A DNA stretch of 64,000 nt from contig OZ242374.1 in NCBI GenBank assembly GCA_965209055.1, positions 1,344,001 through 1,408,000 of the forward strand, read 5' to 3'. Of this stretch, positions 59,892 to 64,000 are shown in pieces. The stretch is from Acidobacteriota bacterium (GTDB lineage: Bacteria; Acidobacteriota; UBA6911; RPQK01; JAJDTT01). Position 1 is the stretch's first letter, and every line of letters begins with the position of its first letter. Under the pieces are notes generated by a model. The model was given only the letters and a program-made list of their open reading frames with translations. It ran no database searches and was not told where the DNA came from. The position numbers and the translations under genes are program-made.

Positions 59892-61796
59892 ATGCTACCC
59901 TTTTTCCGAGAGAAGCGACGAGGTCTGAAATGGATCCTGTGGCTGGTCATCATCGGGTTGGGCGTCGGCATGCTGGGCCTGTTCGTCGATACCCCGGGTA
60001 CCGGTTCCGGCGTTTCCTCCGCCCACGCGGCCGAGGTGGCCGATTACGTCATTACCTCCGGTGAATTCCGGAGACACTACATCCAACTCTTCGAAGCCTA
60101 CCGCCGCGTCTACAACTTGGACCGGCAGGACCCTGCCATCATCAAGCAGTTGGGCCTGGGCCAACAGGCGCTCGATCAACTGGTGGCCGAATACGCAACG
60201 TTCCACGAAGCACGGCAGATGGGCATCGCCGTGACCTCGGATGAAATCGTTCGATTCATCACCAGGACTCCCGTATTCCAGGAAAACGGGAATTTCATCG
60301 GCGTCGATCGCTATCGCGCCATCTTGCGGGCCAACAACTGGGCGCCCCAGGATTTCGAGGAGAGCATCCGCAGACAGCTTGCCCAGGAGAAGCTGCGCAG
60401 GATCCTGACGGATGGGATCTTCCCCACGTCGGGCGAGGTCCGGCGAGAGTTTCTGAAGCGGAATCAGGAGGTGAAGCTCCGGTACGTGGGCTTCGACCCG
60501 GAACAGTTGGCTCCGGGGAACGTGGAAGACGACATACTCAAGGAGTATTTCGACGAACGGCAAGAGAATTACCGGGTCGGCGAGCAACGCAGGATACGTT
60601 ATGTTTCCGTCGGCGCCGAGCCTGAGAGTGTCAGCGTCTCCGAAGAGCAGATCCGCGATCGAATGGAGCGCGTCACCGACACGGACCAGGCGAGAGTCAG
60701 CCATATTCTGGTTTCGGTGCGGAGCCCCGAAGACGAACCCGCGGCGAGGGCCAAGGCCCAGGGCCTGCTGCAACAGCTTCGGTCCGGTGGGGATTTCGCG
60801 GAATTGGCTCGAGAGCACTCCGAGGACCCGGTTTCGGCAGCGGCCGGCGGGGACCTCGGCTTTTTCGGCCGAGGGAAAATGATGCCGGAGTTCGAGAAGG
60901 CCGCTTTTGAGCTGAAGCCCGGCGAGCTGAGCGATCTGGTGGTGACGCCCTTCGGCTACCACATACTCCTCGGCGCCTTCAATCCCGGGCACCACGACGG
61001 CGATGCCCGGCGTCCGATCGCCGAATACGAAGCCCGGCGGCAGGAGGCGGAAGACCAGGCCAAGGACCTGGCGGAGAAAATCTCCGGAGAGCTGGCGGAG
61101 GACCCGGATCTGGCGAAGGCGGCGGGCGCTCGCGGTCTCGCGGTTGAGGAATCGGAGTACTTCGAACTCGGGGGTTTCATTCCCGGCCTGTCCGTCAAAA
61201 ACGACTTCAATCAGAAAATCTTCGATCTCCAGGACAACCAGTCGCTGAAACCGTACGAGGCGGCCGGTTCCTTCGTGGTGGCTCAGCTCATCGAAATCCG
61301 GCCCGGACACATGCCGCCTTTCGAAGAGATCCGTGAAAAGGTTCTCGCCGACTACCGCTCCACCCAGGGCGACGAAGCCGCTCGGGAGAATGCCTTCGCC
61401 ATGCACAAGGCGATCCAGGACGGTGGCGAGTTCCAAGAGCTGACGGAGGAAGGAGAATTGCAGGTCATGACGACCCCCTTCTTCAAACGGGGCGGCACCA
61501 TCGACGAGAACCTCCGATTCTCGCCGCAGGTTCACGAACATGCCTTTCGGCTGGAGAGGGGAGAGGTCGCTCCGCCGGTACTCGTCACCGGTAAGTACTT
61601 CGTGTTCCAGGTCGCCGAGAAGACGCCACTGGACCAGGAGCAGTTCGAACGCGAGAAGAGTCAGTTGGAGAAGGAGATGACGGAGAAGAAGCGCACGGAC
61701 TACTTCAACGCCTATGTGGAAGGCACGCTGGAGCGCCTGCGCGGGGACGACGCCATTACCATCAACCAGGAGACGGTGGACCGCATAACCGGTTAG
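59892..61796 (+). CDS. ppiD: PpiD-like periplasmic chaperone/peptidylprolyl isomerase (SurA N-terminal + rotamase)
   Basis: N-terminal TM anchor; SHIL, FAELAREHSED..GGDLGFF, TPFGYHI. Confidence 0.85.
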   Translation: MLPFFREKRRGLKWILWLVIIGLGVGMLGLFVDTPGTGSGVSSAHAAEVADYVITSGEFRRHYIQLFEAYRRVYNLDRQDPAIIKQLGLGQQALDQLVAEYATFHEARQMGIAVTSDEIVRFITRTPVFQENGNFIGVDRYRAILRANNWAPQDFEESIRRQLAQEKLRRILTDGIFPTSGEVRREFLKRNQEVKLRYVGFDPEQLAPGNVEDDILKEYFDERQENYRVGEQRRIRYVSVGAEPESVSVSEEQIRDRMERVTDTDQARVSHILVSVRSPEDEPAARAKAQGLLQQLRSGGDFAELAREHSEDPVSAAAGGDLGFFGRGKMMPEFEKAAFELKPGELSDLVVTPFGYHILLGAFNPGHHDGDARRPIAEYEARRQEAEDQAKDLAEKISGELAEDPDLAKAAGARGLAVEESEYFELGGFIPGLSVKNDFNQKIFDLQDNQSLKPYEAAGSFVVAQLIEIRPGHMPPFEEIREKVLADYRSTQGDEAARENAFAMHKAIQDGGEFQELTEEGELQVMTTPFFKRGGTIDENLRFSPQVHEHAFRLERGEVAPPVLVTGKYFVFQVAEKTPLDQEQFEREKSQLEKEMTEKKRTDYFNAYVEGTLERLRGDDAITINQETVDRITG

Positions 61797-61854
61797 CCGG
61801 CGCGGCCGGTCCCCGCCATGTGCTCCCCTGCACGGACGCCGGTGTCCCAGGCGG

Positions 61855-63681
61855 CTACTGCACCGTGACCGACTTGGCCAGATTCCGGGGCCGGTCGATG
61901 TCGCAGCCTCGCTCTTTGGCCACGTAGTAGGCCAGCAGTTGGAGCGCGATCACGCTCAGGAATGGCGTGAACATCTCCCCGCATTGCGGAATCTCGATGA
62001 GGTCGTCGGCCAGCTCCGCCAAGTGGGTGTCTCCTTCCGTCCCCACCGCGATGACCGGCCCGTTGCGACTCTTGATCTCCTGGATGTTCCCGATCATCTT
62101 TCGATAGACACTGTCGCGGGGCGCCACGCAGACGGTCGGGAAACTCTTGTCCACCAGGGCAAGAGGTCCGTGTTTCATTTCTCCCGCGGCGTACCCCTCG
62201 GCGTGCAGGTAGGAGATCTCCTTCATCTTCAGGGCGCCCTCCATCGCCACCGGGTAGCTGAATCTTCTTCCCAGATAGAGAAGGCTCCGATGTCGGGCGT
62301 AACGGCGGGCGATTTCTTCAATGGCGGGCGCCTGCGCAAGCATGGACCGCATCCTGCCGGGCAGTGCCCGGAGCTCATGGACGAATTCCTGGCCTTCGCT
62401 CAACGACATCTGCTGGTGACGGCCCAGCAGGAGGCCCACCAGGTAGAGAATGGCGATCTGGGAGACGAAAACCTTGGTGGAGGCGACACTGATTTCCGGG
62501 CCGGCGTGATTGTAGATTCCGGCGTCGGTCAGGCGGGCGACCGTGCTGCCCACCACGTTGACGAGGCCCAGGCTGAGAGCTCCGCGCCGCTTGACTTCGC
62601 GGACCACGGCCAGGATGTCGGCCGTCTCCCCCGACTGGCTGATGGCCAGAACCGCCGTCCGCGCCTGCAGATTCAGCTTGCGGTACTGGAACTCGGAAGC
62701 GAAATCGACGTCGACAGGATAGTTGGTGCAGCTCTCGATGACGTAACGCCCCAACAAGCCGGCAAAATAGGAGGTCCCACAGGCCAGGATGATGAGCCGC
62801 CGCATGTTCCTCAGGCGCGACCAGACTCGCTCCACGCCGCCCAGCTTGGCCAGTCCTTCCGCCTCGATCAGCCTTCCCCTGATGGCCTCTCCCACCACCT
62901 CGGGCTGCTCATGGACCTCCTTGAGCATGAAGTGGGGGTAACCCCTCTTCTCGGCGGAAGACATGTCCCAGTCCAGGGTCTGGACGGAGCGATTCATGGG
63001 CATCCCGCTGAGAGTTCGGATCCGGTAGCTCCCGGGCTTCAGCAACGCCACCTCGCCGTCATGGAGGTAGGCCACCTCCCGGGTGTGACTCATCAGGGCC
63101 GCCGCGTCCGACGCGGCGAAGATCTCACGGTCCCGGATTCCCAGGATCAAGGGGCTGCCCAGCCGGGCGACCACGATCTGGGAAGGATTGTCGGAGGAGA
63201 TCACACCGATTCCGTAGGTCCCGTCGACGCGTTGAAGGGCCGAATTGACCGCCTCTTCCAAGTCGCCTCGATAGTATTCCTCGATCAGGTGGGCCAAGAC
63301 CTCGGAATCGGTGGAAGAGCGGAACCGGTGTCCCTTGTCCCGAAGCTCCTCCCGCAACTGCCGGTAGTTCTCGATGATTCCGTTGTGCACCACGAAGATG
63401 CGGTCCCGGCAGTCGCCATGCGGATGAGCGTTTTCGGGAGAGGGAACCCCATGGGTGGCCCAACGGGTGTGGGCAATGCCGCCCCATCCGGTCCAGGACT
63501 TGTCCCCGAGAAGCCCCGCCAGATCCGAGATCTTCCCCACCGCTTTCCGGCAGTGAATCTTCTCATTCACGGCCACCGCGACACCGCTGGAGTCGTAGCC
63601 GCGGTATTCCAGTCTTCTCAAGCCGTTGAGCAGGATCGGCAGGGAGGGACGATCCCCCAGGTAGCAGATAATTCCACACAT
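61855..63681 (-). CDS. glmS: Glutamine--fructose-6-phosphate transaminase
   Basis: MCGI, LEYRGYDS, HTRWATHG, SQSGETAD, PRNLAKSVTV. Confidence 0.97.
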   Translation of the reverse strand: MCGIICYLGDRPSLPILLNGLRRLEYRGYDSSGVAVAVNEKIHCRKAVGKISDLAGLLGDKSWTGWGGIAHTRWATHGVPSPENAHPHGDCRDRIFVVHNGIIENYRQLREELRDKGHRFRSSTDSEVLAHLIEEYYRGDLEEAVNSALQRVDGTYGIGVISSDNPSQIVVARLGSPLILGIRDREIFAASDAAALMSHTREVAYLHDGEVALLKPGSYRIRTLSGMPMNRSVQTLDWDMSSAEKRGYPHFMLKEVHEQPEVVGEAIRGRLIEAEGLAKLGGVERVWSRLRNMRRLIILACGTSYFAGLLGRYVIESCTNYPVDVDFASEFQYRKLNLQARTAVLAISQSGETADILAVVREVKRRGALSLGLVNVVGSTVARLTDAGIYNHAGPEISVASTKVFVSQIAILYLVGLLLGRHQQMSLSEGQEFVHELRALPGRMRSMLAQAPAIEEIARRYARHRSLLYLGRRFSYPVAMEGALKMKEISYLHAEGYAAGEMKHGPLALVDKSFPTVCVAPRDSVYRKMIGNIQEIKSRNGPVIAVGTEGDTHLAELADDLIEIPQCGEMFTPFLSVIALQLLAYYVAKERGCDIDRPRNLAKSVTVQ

Positions 63682-63859
63682 CGTTCCCTCAGAATACTAC
63701 CAGCAGCCCGTCGGGACCCCTCCCTCCCCGCAACGTGAGGCGTGGTGGCCTCTGCCGGAACGTTGGGAGGGAGGGCGCGTCCGGGAGGGCGCCCGAAGAC
63801 ACTTGCAGGTGATTGAGTTCCGGGTGGAACCGAAGCCCGGGAGCCGGCGGCGCAGACTC

Positions 63860-64000
63860 CTAGAGAAGGCCCAGTTGAAGTTTTGCCGCCTCAGACATGT
63901 TCTCCATGGTCCAAGGCGGGTCCCAGACGATTTCTACGGCGACTTTTTCAACACCGGGAAGCGTCCGTACTTTGGACTCGACCTCCAACGGCAACGACTC
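63860..64000 (-). CDS. DUF59/SufT-type Fe-S cluster assembly protein (C-terminal part; runs off the window)
   Basis: Manual translation: ESLPLEVESKVRTLPGVEKVAVEIVWDPPWTMENMSEAAKLQLGLL*. Confidence 0.88.
   Translation of the reverse strand, partial: ESLPLEVESKVRTLPGVEKVAVEIVWDPPWTMENMSEAAKLQLGLL

Noticed and set aside
63682-63859. Canonical glmS ribozyme
   Set aside because: The conserved AGCGCC and GACGAGG core motifs are absent on the minus strand

Overview
High-GC bacterial chromosomal window, probably Acidobacteriota and possibly a host (e.g. sponge) symbiont. That assignment is inferred from gene content, not proven. Most of it is housekeeping or metabolic: msbA-like (partial), tdh-kbl, gltX, pdxJ, rsmI, argC/D/B, gatCA, ribF, mazG, rng, mreBCD-mrdA-rodA, ppiD, glmS, tRNA-Leu(UAA) and a large (Alu-containing) SRP RNA. 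An accessory block at ~6.2-19.3 kb encodes a C2-like secreted protein, a giant autotransporter adhesin, an all-in-one hybrid histidine kinase and a NIDO-like/HEXXH secreted protein. The best candidate for an undescribed system is a DUF1611/DgcN-like P-loop protein that heads an ARG-box-preceded argC-argD-argB operon lacking argA/argJ. It may be a new type of N-acetylglutamate synthase. Other notable signals are an SRP RNA with an extra hairpin in the Alu domain, 80-bp REP doublets, a frameshifted copy of part of the kinase gene 7.5 kb away, and several apparently leaderless promoters. Start codons were adjusted by eye. All domain calls come from motif recognition, with no database searches.
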